A DNA stretch of 64,000 nt, from contig OZ024740.1 of NCBI GenBank assembly GCA_964016885.1, positions 241,242,001 through 241,306,000 of the forward strand, written 5' to 3'. The first letter of the stretch is position 1, and each line of letters starts with the position of its first letter. This DNA is from Eledone cirrhosa. Its lineage: Eukaryota. Positions 14,093-27,861 of this stretch are shown in pieces. The notes under the pieces are model-generated. The model was not told where the DNA came from, did no database searches, and saw only the letters and a list, made by a program, of their open reading frames with translations. The position numbers and the translations under genes were made by a program.

Positions 14093-14104
14093 TTATTTAT
14101 TTAT

Positions 14105-15340
14105 GTTCATACACAAAACAAGAGTTCCACGGCGAATATTGACCATAGTTCCAGCATATAAGAGGGATAAAAACTGAAACCTATCCGTGTTTGATGTAAG
14201 GATTGAATCTTGCAAGTAATCTTATGTAGGACTTCTTTCTCCTTTAAATGCCAGAATTCTTTTGCTGGGGTTGTACGGGTATGATATCCAGTCCTGACAC
14301 TAATAGTACCAAGAGATTTAGAATATTATAAGGTTTGTCAACTCCGAACAATAATTATTTGAACTCAAAGAGCGAAATTTTTAGTGGATGCCTCCATCTC
14401 AAAAGCCAACTGCTTGCTAAGTGGAAATACTCAACAATTCGACTGATTTTCAACCACCTTAATTTGATTTATATACTTGCGTTATATCTTTTCTTTCTCT
14501 TTCTCTTTCCACACTTACATAATGCAATACATTTTATATACTACTCTACTCCATACTTTAACAGATATTACCATCTCTGTATTACATTCCATCACATAAT
14601 AAAATACTTTTCATATAACATACGAGCACTAACACTTGGATTTACACCTTGGAGTTGTTTCCTTTTGTCATAATACGTTTTTTTCTAAACTAGTGTTTTT
14701 CGCATGCATTACTTTTAACGGTAACATATAAACATGTATATATCTGAAGAAAGGTCTTAATTTTGATACTTCTTGTATTCTGGAGCTATGGTCAATATTG
14801 AGCCTTGAAGGCTAGAAATCTTTTGAGAAAATACCTTGCACAAGAATTTTGGTGAAACATTATTTTCAGCAAGAGAAGCTATGGAATGAATATGGGCATC
14901 ATATGAAGAGTTTCACCCAAACAAATGGATAAATGCACTGAAATAGGAAAAAAAAAAAAAAAAATGTATAGTCTGCAGATTGAACCGACAAATTAACTGT
15001 TAAATTAGGAACGTAGTGTATAACATACGATATACGGAGGAACAGTGTAGTAATAGGAGCACGATATTCACAGGTGAGACAGCCCGTAGCATAGGAGAAA
15101 GTATAAAAGAACACTGGTGTGAAAACTCATCAGTACCCCACCAACATGCCAGAATGGAACATGGGGACACAGAACAGACGCAATACTCCGACAAATTACA
15201 GAAGCGAGAAACATAAAGGAACTCCAGCCAAATAGTGTAAGACAGAACAAAGGAGAGAGAAAATAACAACAAAAGTAGTCACTGAATGTGTGATGAAAGA
15301 GCTTTGATGACAACAACTAAACAACCACCCGGTTATTAAA
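14105..15340. mobile_element. Old degraded PLE debris
   Basis: Inverted segment at about 14133-14165 versus 14769-14800. CTGAAGA-AAGG...CCTT-GAA at 14744-14809. Peptide IFTGETARSIGESIKEH (about 15065-15115) resembles a GIY-YIG YxGET...EH motif. Confidence 0.45.
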
Positions 15341-15778
15341 CTAACTAACTGGGAAATTATAATAATAAATTGAAGTGAAATGAAACAGGTGCGTGTGTTT
15401 TTTATTGGTAGCATGGCCTTCCCAAAGTATAACAATATCTATGTGTACATATTTTGTATATCTAATGAAATACGGTTTGTTTACGAACAAACATTTGAAA
15501 GCCTTTAGCTATAAATTTTGGCACCTGATAGTGGGACGCCATCTATTGAGTTCCAGCAGAAGTAAGAGGAAATTACCGATGCCCGTTCTCACTCAAAATT
15601 TGTCTATACTAGAAAGGACTCTTATAGGACTAGTTCTGTTTCTTTCAGTGAAGAAATCACCGGATGCCCACCCCCACACGCATACACATACACAAACACA
15701 CACACACACGCGCGCGCGCGCGCATACACTCATATATTTGTTTGTATGTGGGAGTGGGCCCTTGTGCAGGTATCTATC

Positions 15779-15983
15779 CAGTGCTGGATTAACCGTAAAG
15801 CAAGACAAATACGTCAGCAGGGTGTTAAGGGAAGAAAGGCACAGATTTATTAAAATTAAATGCATTTGACATTCCTCCATTCAATTGTTTTTTGTAGATT
15901 TCATATATAAATATGTGACTGGGTGATGGGACCCCTATAATGTTTTAATGTTTGGAGCCTCAAAAGGACTTAATCCGGTCCTG
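15779..15983. mobile_element. Non-autonomous hAT (Tip100-like) MITE
   Basis: TIRs CAGTGCTGGATTAA and TTAATCCGGTCCTG. 8-bp TSD TATCTATC/TATCAACC (6 of 8 identical). Confidence 0.65.
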
Positions 15984-16437
15984 TATCAACCTGTATACAT
16001 ACCTGTAATATTTCGTTTCTTTTTTAACGACCGTGCGGCAGATATTGTTATTATTATCGTTAATTTTCGTTATCTTCTTGTTGCTGTTGATCATTAAATC
16101 CAACTAGCATTTCTTTGGGTTTTCTTTATTCATTCAATTGTTGTTTTAAAACTTTGTTTGGAAATTTCTCATCTGCCATATTGACTATTCTATTTTCTTA
16201 GAAATTCTTTACTTTTCTATATTTTTTCTTCTATATTTCTTTACTCGTCATTTCTCTTTCTATGCATCATTTTTTCTTCTTTAATCCTTGCATTGTTCAT
16301 TTATCCTTTTTGTCGTTTCTATTGTCCATTCCTTTCGGTGAATTCTTTTCTTCAGATTTTTTTGGCTGTTTACTTCCTTTCATCGTTCCTTTCTCTCTTT
16401 ATATATATTTCATTCTTTGTTTTCGTTATCTCATTCT

Positions 16438-16509
<72 letters not shown>

Positions 16510-18099
16510 AGTTTATTGTTATTTATTAATGTTAAAGTTATATGATTTTTATGTAAAACCTTCGCCGTCACATCTTGTAATGTCCCATGTTTGTACGTCC
16601 CTATGGCAAATAAAGAAAGATATCTATCTATCTATCTTTCTATCTACATTTCATTTGTTTCTTCGTTTAGTTTCTCTCTCTTATCCTTTGCGTTTCCTTT
16701 TATTATCTATTCCCTTCTCTTTTTGTGTTTTCATTCTCTTAAATTAGTCTTTCTTTTTCCTATTCCCTTTGTTTCTTTTTTACGATTTTCTTTATGTTTT
16801 TCTTGTATTATAATTTCCTATCTTTCTTTCAAACCTTTACTCTTCGTAAAATGCTTTTATTGTGACGTCCTTAACGATAGCCCTGTCGGTGTGATGATAA
16901 TGTTGCTCCAGGATCAAAAGCATCATGTCTACCACGAAGAATCGGACGAACGGTCGACGATAGATGATAGTAGAAATGAACTAAAAGGCAAAACAAAATA
17001 ATCTAATTCAAAGCTTCGTTGTGCGTGCAAGACGTGAGAACCTCTAGAGAATTACCGCGACGCAAAGATATATTGCTCATATTGCGTGTGATCGTAGTTA
17101 TATTGTTAAAATAATCATTTTTTATGGAAGAAAGACAGATAAAACAAAATGCCTGGCAGTATCTAGTTAATTAGTCCACTTTTATTTCAAATCTCCTTGA
17201 GCTCTACTTCGTTCTTTATCCATAGAATACATACAAATCAAAAGTTCATTAAATTTAATGTATCATAACACCAAACCTAAATTTGTGACTTTGTTTCAGT
17301 GCTAGATAAACATTGTGATACTTTGTTTTAATATGCGTTTATGCTCAAGGGCTCTAGAGATATAATACATTTTGCAGGCCATGCGTCACACGTACCCTTT
17401 TCCTATTCATTGATCTTTCCATTCCAGGGCAAAAGTCATATTGTAGCCAAAGTTTCATCTTTTGAATCAGTACCAAGATCGTCGCATATAAAAACCTGCT
17501 GTGCAGTCCTGGATAGATCTAGAGGATCGATCTTTGCTGTTAATCGTATCATATCTAAGTTCTTGATGATGGTTCTCTTAACACTAGCGAAAAGAAATAC
17601 TTTATTTGATCCCAATAGACTGGGTATCCGACAGTCCACTGAAACAGAACGCATCTCCCAACTTCGCAATACCATTTTCCGTGAGACGAAGATAATAGAG
17701 ATCGAATTATTGCAATTAATCACCATCTAAAACAACGCATGTGGAGACTTTCCAGTTGTTACCACCAAGTACTACAATAGATATTGGAACCATTTAACGA
17801 TAGAATAAATCATTTATGTAGAAGAATTACATACATTAGTACAGTATTTTGAAAATATGTAAGAGAAAAATGTTATTATAGGTTATAAATTTTCGTTTAT
17901 ATCATTACACATTTATTTATGAAGCTCAACTTGAACCATCTTTTGAATTGTTTGGATACAACAAGTCTGAGTTAATCAAGTTTCCTGGTTCAACTGAAAG
18001 TTGTCATTTTAGTAAAGCAATTTGTCCAAAATTATGTGATTATGTGTATTTTAAGGAATAATAAGCCTGGGTAGTCTGTTAGCCTTTAAACACATGCGA

Positions 18100-19000
18100 A
18101 GTTTCACCCGTGCCAAAATATTATCTGAACCATTCTTACTGCTCATTTCAGCACCATGATAAAATCCGTAGTCAAGTACACAGCGAGCCTTGCGAAATCG
18201 AATAAGATAATTGATGTCGTTGGCCACAAGCCAGCGGCTTTGGGGGTTGATTAAAGCGGGTATTCATTATTACCAATTGGTTCGCTCTAGCAGAGTTTAT
18301 TAAGCATTCTTAATTGGTGCAGTGATTATTGAATGTGAACTTACCGAAGATCCATCTATTGCTTGCGTGACCTTTTCCTGTGTGGGCATTCCAGTCGCCT
18401 GCAAGATCGCTGGAAGGTGTTTTGTGGACAACGGCCTGAAGATCTCTGTAAAACTAACCCTTTGCACGATCATCGTCATCAAGGTTTGGCGCATAGACTG
18501 CTATGATAGAAACGTTACATAAGGTCCCGTGTAGACGGATTTGAGTGCTATTCTGAACATCATGAAAATTATCCGAATCTTACTTCTTATCTCTAGCCTT
18601 CTCATTATTGCCAGCACCACTATAATACAAGCTGTAGTCGATTGAGGATTGAAGATTTCCTAAAAGATTGATACCCGGAACCTGATTGTTTTACACCTGA
18701 GAGACACGCAACCTCAATGTTGTAATGGTGTAGCGTATACATGGTAAATATTTGCGTTTCTACAGTCTTCAACTTTCACACATTCAAGCAGGTGACGAAA
18801 TATCTTTTTCTGCTGGCTAACAGTTCAGCTTGAACATTTATAATCTGTTCCTCTGGGCGAATAAACGGGTTGACTCTCGCAGATGCCGTAGCATTGTTCA
18901 TATTCTGCTACGATATATGATAAGGTTTCATTGGAGGTAAGCATACACATAAATTGAACTTCGGCATCAGTTATGAGAGTGATGCTGGGAATAAGGGCCA
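18100..19000 (-). pseudogene. Highly degraded LINE ORF2 remnant (CR1/L2/Jockey-like, tentative)
   Basis: Minus fragments FTEIFRPLSTKHLPAILQATGMP (compare L..IF..S..G..P..WK.A...P), IILFDFARL (compare FxDFxKAFD) and LCVCLPP (compare YRPP). Confidence 0.3.
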
Positions 19001-20341
19001 GCGTAGCATAATGAATGTGACAAATGTAGTATAATGAATAGGAGAATTTGAACTTGTGGACATTTGTATGGCAGGAGAAACGATGCTGTTAACTAAGAGG
19101 CACGTAAGATTTTGAAAGAGAAGAGGTAAGGATGAGGAAACATAACAATAATGAGAAGACCAGAGATAAGATGTAAGATACGGATAATTTTCATGATGTT
19201 CAGAATAACACTCAAACATCCAAACCCGTAGTTAACCATATTAATCTGCCACGCCATTTCTTCAATCCTCTCTGTGTGGAGTAACTTGAGATCACGGCTC
19301 AACTCTTATCGCTGAAACGAGGCTAGGAGGAAGGGAAGGGAATTGAGACTGCAAAATCTCTATACAAGCAAATATATGAAAAATTGATAAGAAATTTAAA
19401 TAAAATACGATGAGAAAGTAATAACGAAAACCGATGGCAATAAAATAGGGTAAATGTGAAGAAGCCGATAAATATTTAAATATAGAAAACCGCCAACACA
19501 AGGCAATATACTTGTTAAACAAGTATAATAAGAATAATAAGAGTCATCTTTGGGAAAAACCAATAGCAGGAGAAGTGTTTCTCAACTACGCTTAGTGTGT
19601 GCAATGGATCATGAAAATATTCAGAAAGCAAGGATGTGATTTACTAAAATTGGCAAACCGAGCTGGAAAATGCCGGACTAGCGAAATCAGAAACTGAAGC
19701 TCATCTTAACATCGTCCGTAGAAGTAACGGTAAAAAGGGAGCAGACATCCAACATTCTATCAATGATACAGCGGTTGGACTGATGTAAACATCTCATCAC
19801 CAACTAACATATTCATTTGATTCTGCACTCTGTCAGCATATATTGGGAGGACACCGCCTAAATGAGTGAGTAGTACTCCCTTTTTGCTCGGATCTGGCTC
19901 TTGTAGGGATCCAATAAATCTTCAGGCGTTAAGACCAATTTGAACGGTACAAGTCCACCATTTAAGCCTCCGCATGGCAACATACGTAATATAGAGGTAC
20001 CACCTCAAAGCAGGTGTGAATTTCCACACGTCTATCCAGATTAGGAGATTCCTTCAAAGTAATCACACTGAACATCAGAATAGCGGAAACATGTCAGAAA
20101 TTGTATGATAGGATGGAAAGAATATGCTAGACACATTTTCGAAATAATTTGTTTCCAGATGTCTATATGGACGCTTATAAATACATTTACCTATGTGCGC
20201 TTGTGCGAGTTTGTGGGTATATGCAATGAGTTAAGGATTCATGGTGTCTATAGAGTCGACATAGTATTTAATAGCTATAGTGACTCTCACCATGCGTAAA
20301 ACATTATTTTTCTCTTTCTTTACCCCCCCCCCTCTCTCTCT

Positions 20342-20396
<55 letters not shown>

Positions 20397-20574
20397 ACAT
20401 GTATGCTTGTTTTATGGGTTTGTGTAATATGCACACTAAACATACACTGACATAAAGATTCCCGTGGTTTATAGAATCGATCTACTTGATTTTATAGGTA
20501 CTCTCACTTCGAATAACAAATATTATTTCTTTCTCCCTCTCCCTCTCTTTCTTTTTTCATATGCGTATGTGTAT

Positions 20575-20660
<86 letters not shown>

Positions 20661-20899
20661 TTATATGCTCAACAGAAGGTATGACGTGACATTAGATTCG
20701 AGACATTAGAATAAATTCATTGTTCAAAACCTGGTCCAATATATAAACAACTAATAGTACACAGCAGCAGAAATATCACTTGAGACAGGACAATGCCAAT
20801 ATCAACAACATAACAGAACAAAGTAACCAATAAATCAGACTTCGGACAACAATAACAACTGAGAGACATGAGTTAAAAAGAAATTATGAAGTAAAGGGA

Positions 20900-22015
20900 A
20901 TTTTATCAAAACCGAGTACTTTCATATAGAGATCGTGCGACAAATTCGTGCACGTGAAAGTAGGAATTGTATAAACGTTATATCAGTGACATTCTATATC
21001 ATAACAACCCAATAACAATGTAAGCACATTGTTCATAGAATGCTCGTCCAGCTCATACACGCACCAACATTCTACTTAACCTAGCTAAGCGAATCTGCAC
21101 AATAGTTTCAAACGCACCAACAAAGGACCACAGACTAGAGGAGATGAAAGATATACTCATCAAGAGAAAATACCCTCTAAATATAATCAACGATAGCATT
21201 GAAAAAGCAAAAAAAAATAATATTCAAATCCTCCTAGAAACAAAACCCAAAAAGGAAAGAAAAGTCATACCATACATCTAAACCATCAACCCCCCAAAAC
21301 ACAGAAATCTATACACACATACAACTAAACCTGCCTATACTACAAAAAGAGAAAAAAAAAAAAAAAAAAAAAGAAATGGAAAACGTCTTACAAAAATATC
21401 CTATTATTAAGAGTAAACGACAGACGAAATCATTTTAAAATACACTGATAAGGGCAGAGCTGCAAACCACAATTAGAGAACCTCATGTGAAAAGATATAA
21501 CCGAACTCATTGCAGAATGTGCAACTACTTATTGGAAGGCCATGAATTTCACTTCAAAGACGGATTCATCATTAAAATTAAGAATAACTTAACTCGGAAA
21601 ACTTAATTTACGTCATAACCTGCCGAGGTTGTAACGAATATTATATAGGACAGAGAAGGTTAACACTTAGAAAAGGAATGGCCGTTCATAGACAACAAAT
21701 AAGAACTCCATATAGAGGAATGCGGAGGAAGAATGCTACTAAATCTTAATAATTTCCCATTATACCAATGTGATTATGAAATCACAGAACACAGTAGAAA
21801 TAATTGTTTCTACTTTTGGCACAAAGCCACAATTACCCAGTGCATTACTTGTACTTCATTTTATCGACCCCGTAAGGATGAAAGGCAAAGTTAACCTCGG
21901 CGGGATTTGAACTCAGAATGGCAAGGGCCGTAACAGAACACAGTAGAAATAATAAAGAGAAAAAGAGAAAATGTTTATTAGAAAATTCAAACCAAGTTTA
22001 AACTCTCTTGCAACA
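20900..22015 (+). pseudogene. PLE relic: RT thumb plus cysteine-rich linker plus GIY-YIG (Neptune-like), interrupted by a SINE
   Basis: RPAHTRTNILLNLAKRICTIVS...RLEEMKDILIKRKYPLNII; NLIYVITCRGCNEYYIGQ; MAVHRQQI; EKEKMFIRKFKPSLN. Frameshifts and stops present. Confidence 0.8.
21805..21932 (-). mobile_element. 5'-truncated SINE with 21-bp TSD, inside the PLE
   Basis: TSD ACAGAACACAGTAGAAATAAT at 21784-21804 and 21933-21953. Confidence 0.9.
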
Positions 22016-22029
22016 TAATTATTTTTCTG

Positions 22030-23810
22030 TACTACCCATACAGGAAACCAAACGACAACCTGCACTACATCCACCGCCGCTCTAACCATCCTAGAAACAT
22101 CACCAATAACCTGGTTAAAAACATCTCCCTCCGCATATCTCGTGTGTCCGCTAATGAGCAGATATTCCACGAATATGCGCCTCGTTACAACCATGCCCTC
22201 AAGCGAAGCGGCTTCCGGGAGGAAATATACTTTTATCCAGCTTCCCTTAGCGGACCCAGCAGGCGACGGCGCAGCTCACGCTACGTAACGTGGTTCAACC
22301 CTCCCCACAATGCCGGAGTGGCAACACCTATCGGGAAAATCTTCTTTAAGCTCCTCGACAACACCGCTACCACAACATAATCAACAAAAACACTATCAAA
22401 CTCTCCTACAGCACCACACCCAACTTCGCACAAAACATCGTCTCCTCAAACAACAAAATACTCAACCCCTATGGAAGAAACAACCTAGACATTAGTGGAG
22501 AGCCGACCAGGAGGTGTAACTGCCCTGATAGATCTACGTGTCCCCTCAACAACAGATTCCGAGAACGTAACGTGATCTACCAGTGAAACGTGAGGACGGA
22601 CACATCCAACAAAGCTTATATAGGATTAACCGCTTGTGACTTGAAGACCCGGCTCTACCAACACCGACATACGTTCCGAAGCCCGGTCCGGCGACATGCC
22701 ACTACACTTTCAGGCCACATCTGGGACCGCCAAGATATATAACTTACAATCTTACTTGGAGCTTACTGTCCAGAGCTAACTCCTACACCGGAAGACGCCG
22801 TCCGTGTAACTTATGCTCGGAGGAAACATTACAAATGCTGTTTACGTAGGACCAACTCCTAAACAAAAAAGACGAACTGGTAACTGCATGCAAACACAGA
22901 TTGCGTAGGACTTACCTCGCTCTCAAACCCCCTAACGACCCGGGTGGGTAGACAATGGCTGAAACATCCCACTTGCCGAATAATATAGGGGAAACCCCAG
23001 CTTACATAGGTAGATGTAACTCTTTTCTTTTCCTATCTGTTTTCTTCTTCCCTTTGTCTCCTCCTATCACTTCCTTCCACTCCCGATCTTCTTTCTCTTC
23101 CTTTTTCCCCTTTCGCCTACCCCGAGGCAGCCCATCGGGCCTCTGTAGCCTCAGTACCCCTACCCAGTAAATTAAAGATAGCATTGGCCGAAAACGCAAT
23201 ACTAACTAATTATAGTAGCTATGTTAGACCCCAGAGCTTTTGTATTACTTTTTACTACCCAATTCTATGATTTCAAAAATTCTTATTTAGTATCTTCTAT
23301 TCTCAACTTATTAACCTATTCTATAGCCGAAAACGCAACACCAACTAAATATAGCAGCTGTTTTAGACTCTACAGTTTTTTTGTTTTTATCACTCCTTAC
23401 AATCCAATTTTATATTTTTATATATTTTTCTCTTATTTTTTTTATTGTCTCCAAATATCAATTACGTCCGTCCTCTATTTTCTCCAGAACCCTTTTTTCG
23501 CCTACATTCATACACAATCCTTAGAATTTGCTGTATAGATTTCATTTTCAACGCTTGACCGGCTCCACCCACTCCCTCATTGTTCTACAGGCAAGTTAAG
23601 CCACCCCACCTCCCACCCACTGCCATGATAGACTTAATTGTGTTTATAAGAAATGTTGACCAATCCTTTTGACAACTACAATCTTCCCATATAAAGAAGT
23701 ACCCCTTGAAAAGTTCAGCTATTTATTTACCAGGCTAAAAATTCTAATTTAGTCCAGAAATAGCCGTTGAAACGGCTTGAGATCTGTCGTCGGGGTCATA
23801 CATTTTCCTA
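22030..23810 (+). mobile_element. 5'-truncated PLE (CxCx5C linker, Hydra-clade-like) with 3' hammerhead, ending in (TA)n
   Basis: YRKPNDNLHYIHRRSNHP, VTWFNPP, TIKLSYSTTPN, CNCPDRSTCPL, VIYQ*...AYIGLT...KTRLYQH, CNLCSEE, LNKKDELVTACKHR. Hammerhead at 23701-23796. Clade name is from recollection of the literature. Confidence 0.85.
23701..23796 (+). ncRNA. Type I hammerhead ribozyme with U3-A8 core and extended stem II
   Basis: Stem I ACCCC/GGGGT, core TTGAAAA (23706-23712), stem II GCTATTT...AAATAGC, GAAA (23769-23772), stem III CGGC/GTCG, GUC triplet (23789-23791). Confidence 0.7.
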
Positions 23811-24059
23811 TATATATATATATATATGTATATATCTACGATCAATTTCCAGGAGGTCCAGATAAATTCTTTTGTTAACCTGTTTAGCTTGCTTCGTTTT
23901 TTTGGCTCCGGTGGCTGATGGCTTCACGACCACCGTTTTCATTTTGTCTGGCCTCTATAACGTATGTTAATTGCTCTGGTCTTATTTTAGTCCATTGAGC
24001 GCTTGCCGTATATCTCGAAAATTGCGTTTGCTTTGTTTTGGCCACGGCCGAAATACGAT

Positions 24060-24222
24060 CTCGCTGAAATTATATAGAAGAGGAAGACCAAGGTTAATGT
24101 ATGTTGATGGCCTAAGGACAGACACTGGTCTGTTGGAGACGCAGGACATGGCAGCGATAATGAGGGACAGAGACCGCTGGAGAGAACTCGTCCATGGATC
24201 TCGGGAAGTTTACCCGCCTTAG
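24060..24222 (+). mobile_element. 3' fragment of an RTE-like LINE
   Basis: RRGRPRLMYVDGLRTDTGL...MRDRDRWRELV. Same family as 55000-55470. Confidence 0.75.
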
Positions 24223-24254
<32 letters not shown>

Positions 24255-24271
24255 ATATATATATATATGAT

Positions 24272-24696
24272 ATATTGGTAAACGGAAAAGAAAATGCTGA
24301 CAAATTGTTCCCAGTGAAAAATAGTTTAATTAGGAATAAGTAAAAATTAGTAATAGTATTGGTTAGTATTCAGTTTTGGTTTTAAGTTTTACCGGTTGCA
24401 CATTTCTAATGATTTTCAAAAATAATTTTGAGATAGAGCGCCCGTGATGTTTGCTCTAATCTGATTAGTTTTGGAAATTCTACCTGTTTTATGTGAAAAA
24501 AGTGGCTCCAGATGTATTAAAATAAGTTTCACGCCAATTCGTGTTGCAAAAATTCTTGTGGTCAAAAGTAAGTTATATACCGGTAAAACTTAAAACCAAA
24601 ACTTAATACTAACCAATACTATTACTAATTTTTACTTATTCCTAATTAAACTATTTTTCACTGGGAACAATTTGTCAGCATTTTCTTTTCCGTTTA

Positions 24697-24702
<6 letters not shown>
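24272..24702. mobile_element. Inverted-repeat insert in (TA)n with hammerhead motif, family D
   Basis: Arms of about 124 bp (24272-24396 and 24579-24702). Minus-strand TTT-TTGAAAA-TCATT AGA AATGT-GCAA-CCGG-TA-AAA at 24387-24422. Confidence 0.7.
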
Positions 24703-24759
<57 letters not shown>

Positions 24760-26378
24760 ATAATAATAAATTTGAAGACTAAAATCAAAAGAGGGCTCGA
24801 TAAGGATAAATATATATCAAATATATAAGAACCGTAGAGCAAATATTTATTAAAATAACAGATTAAAGTTCAGTGGTATTTTGCAGATAGAATCATCTCA
24901 CCATAGAAAGAATGAAGGATATACACAAAACTACAAACATACACATAAATTATATTTTATTTTTTGTTATTTCTGGGTGGCAATATAGAAGTATGCTGTA
25001 CAAAAAGTATATAAGTTTTACTTCCTACTGGGATATAAATTTGCCCAAACATTTATATGAGTATCTAAACACACTTTAGTTTTCATTTTATTTTCCTTCA
25101 TCCTTTTAATACGCGCAAGCACATAAATGTACGCATAGAAATAATTAGAACAAAAACAATACAACATTATGGCTGTCCACACAATGTATGATATGATGGC
25201 GACAGAAATATTCTGTGTCGATAGACATAAACAAGTCTTTACGGAGACATCGTCTGTAAGTCTACAATGGATTGATTAATAAGCAGCCTAAAACAAAACT
25301 ACGCGACTCACTTGAGCAGAATAGAAGAAAAGAAAGAAAATTGTCATATTGAGGTAACCGGACAGAAAATGAAGTTGCCGTAAAGAACAACAGTCAACCG
25401 ATCAGTTAGCCAACTAACCTACAAGCGGTATTGGATAGAAATTCAACAAAGGAAAAAAAATTATTTCAGAAGCTCCGCGATTCATATTATTTTTATGGAT
25501 AGCATGTTAAATAATATATCTTTGCAATGACATTGGATGAGATGACACTAGATAGATATGGCTAGGCAACCAAATATCTCATAACAATAAAAGATTTGTA
25601 GAAAAAAGAATGAAACACTAACGATTGTCATAAAAATGTCGACGGTATCAAGTATCTGCATAATCAGCTAGCGCATAATGCTTGCAAATTATTAAGTTTC
25701 TATGAAGCATGACTTTATTAAAAAATCAATATATTAGGAAAGAAGGATATACCGGATGAAAACATTAAGACAATAACATCACATAATATATGTATACGTT
25801 TGAAATTACGAAGGATTGGTATAATATTCCAAATAAATCTGCAATCAAATACTTATTACTGTAAATAAGGTATGGAGACTAACATCCGGGCAAACGTGTA
25901 TTTCTTCCCAAATTCTCAGAAGTGTAAAACATTTTAGTTACTTACCCTTGCTTCTGTAATCAATTACAATCCTTATCAATGATTATTTGTGCACGTTGTA
26001 CATTATAAAATGTTTAAATTTTGAGACCACGTAAAATAAAATAAAATATATCCAAAATTCTTTCAACGTTTAAAAATATTTGCCACCGTTGCAATGTTCA
26101 TCTTGTGGCCCATTTTTGTTGACTACACATCGATGATGAAACATTTTTCTCACTCTGAAACCAATTAGTCTATATATCTTTGAAGAAACAAATGAATTAT
26201 AAATGCTTTTATAAAAACAATTTAAGGAAAGAAATTGTAAAGAAAGAATGTTCATCTTTGGTCAAGTCAATAGCCGTGTACCTGGAGTAAAATAAGCCCC
26301 ATCGAAACTGTGTTGTAGGTAGAGTTTGTGAGAGAATACCATAAAAACTGCTTTGCTTTGTTAGAATATTGGAATTAC

Positions 26379-26477
26379 CTTCCTTGTTACGGAAATGAAA
26401 ACTGACCGCTTCTGAGCAGAATCCAACCAGCTCAATAATACTTCTGTTCTCACTACAGCCATAACAGGTTGAAAATC
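26379..26477 (-). CDS. Candidate 99-bp host exon (phase 1-1), unknown protein
   Basis: Acceptor TTTCACCTAAATAG, donor AAG/GTAATT. Open as GFSTCYGCSENRSIIELVGFCSEAVSFHFRNKE. Non-repetitive context. No homology recognised. Confidence 0.2.
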
Positions 26478-27651
26478 CTATTTAGGTGAAACACGTGTTT
26501 CCAAGTAATTGTTCTTTGGACTGAATGGTCTACCAAATTTGGATATAAATCTTCTGATTTTTCCCTACTATGTATATATATATATATATATATATCGTAA
26601 TTGATGCATAAAACATATGTATTTAAGAGTTAATAAGTAATTTGAAACGGAACCTACATTTCGTACTTAGTCAGACCTTATCATTAGTGAAAGTGAGCGT
26701 TACATGTCACATCAGGCATATTATCAGCTTTGAACGAACTTGGTTGGGGAATATGTTGAACGATAATTTTCTTTATCTAACTGCGAAGTAAAATAATTGG
26801 GTTGATGCATTAAGCTGGCACATTAAAGAAGAAAAAATAAAATAAAAGAATAAAATGAAGTCTTTTATACAACATAGCGACATTCAGGAAAGTTTATTTA
26901 CTAAATGAATTACTACACTAACATCATGAATGGATTAAAGAAACCTCTTGGGTATATTAAGTTAATTATGGTCCGTTTAATGAATAATATATTAATCATA
27001 TATATATATATATATATCAAAATGGTTTTAACCCCCCCCCCCCCCCCCAAAAAAAAACATAAAAAAACAAATAAATAAATAAAACAGAAATAAAACAAAT
27101 AAACAACGAACAAATGAACAAACAAATAAGCGAAACTAAAAAATATACTAGTATAGTCCACATAAATGTCTAAAAATGATATGAAAATTTGTTCCGCAAT
27201 ATATTTGCAATACCAGAGTTATATGCATCTGATTGGTATGCAGAGAAAATTCTTCCTAATCATATATAAACTTCAAAGATTGAACAAAATTGAACTTACC
27301 TTGAGCTGTATCTACTTATGAATTGCTACTTAATAGATATCTACTGTAATTAATATCTTTATCATTACATGAAATAATTTATTGCAGTCACAAGAAATAT
27401 AAAAAATTTGAAAATATACTGAAGCTTATAATTAGAGTAATTATGGAAACATTTGATATGTAAATATATTTGTACATGGGGAGATTTGCACGTATATTTA
27501 GTTCATATAATTGTACAGCAACGAATCCATATATTCTGTATGTATGTGCGTGTCAGTGTATGTGTGTATGTGTGTGTGTGTGTGTGTATGAATTTACTAT
27601 TGGGGCACCATTGATTTAATATAGTCATGTTATATGTAGCTCAGGAGGAAA

Positions 27652-27840
27652 GGGCGGTGGATTGGCCGTATCGGTAGAGGGTCGGACGCCATGCTTTACA
27701 GCATAGTTACGTCCCTTTACGAACTGAGTTCAAATCCCGCCGAGGTTAACTTTGCCTTTCATCCTTACGGGGTCGATAAAATAAAGTACCAGTAATACAC
27801 TGGAATAATTGCTGGCCTTGTGCCAAAAAGTAGAAACAGA
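27652..27840 (+). mobile_element. Full-length SINE with 21-bp TSD
   Basis: TSD TATATGTAGCTCAGGAGGAAA at 27631-27651 and 27841-27861. Confidence 0.9.
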
Positions 27841-27861
27841 TATATGTAGCTCAGGAGGAAA

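Noticed and set aside
22584-22586. In-frame TGA at a position that is Cys in the paralog (VIYQ* versus IVYKC), suggesting selenocysteine as reported for some PLEs
   Set aside because: The same copy has a TAG stop at 22847 and frameshifts, and no SECIS was recognised. Ordinary decay is the simpler explanation.
24272-24702. Reading the long inverted repeats as Tc1/mariner MITEs with TA TSD
   Set aside because: Hammerhead motifs, one-sided tails in most families and sequence links to GIY-YIG PLEs fit retroelement products better. This tail-less copy remains the most ambiguous.
27300-27343. Minus-strand AG...GTAAGT-bounded 44-bp segment
   Set aside because: Stops occur in all three frames, so it cannot be supported as a coding exon.
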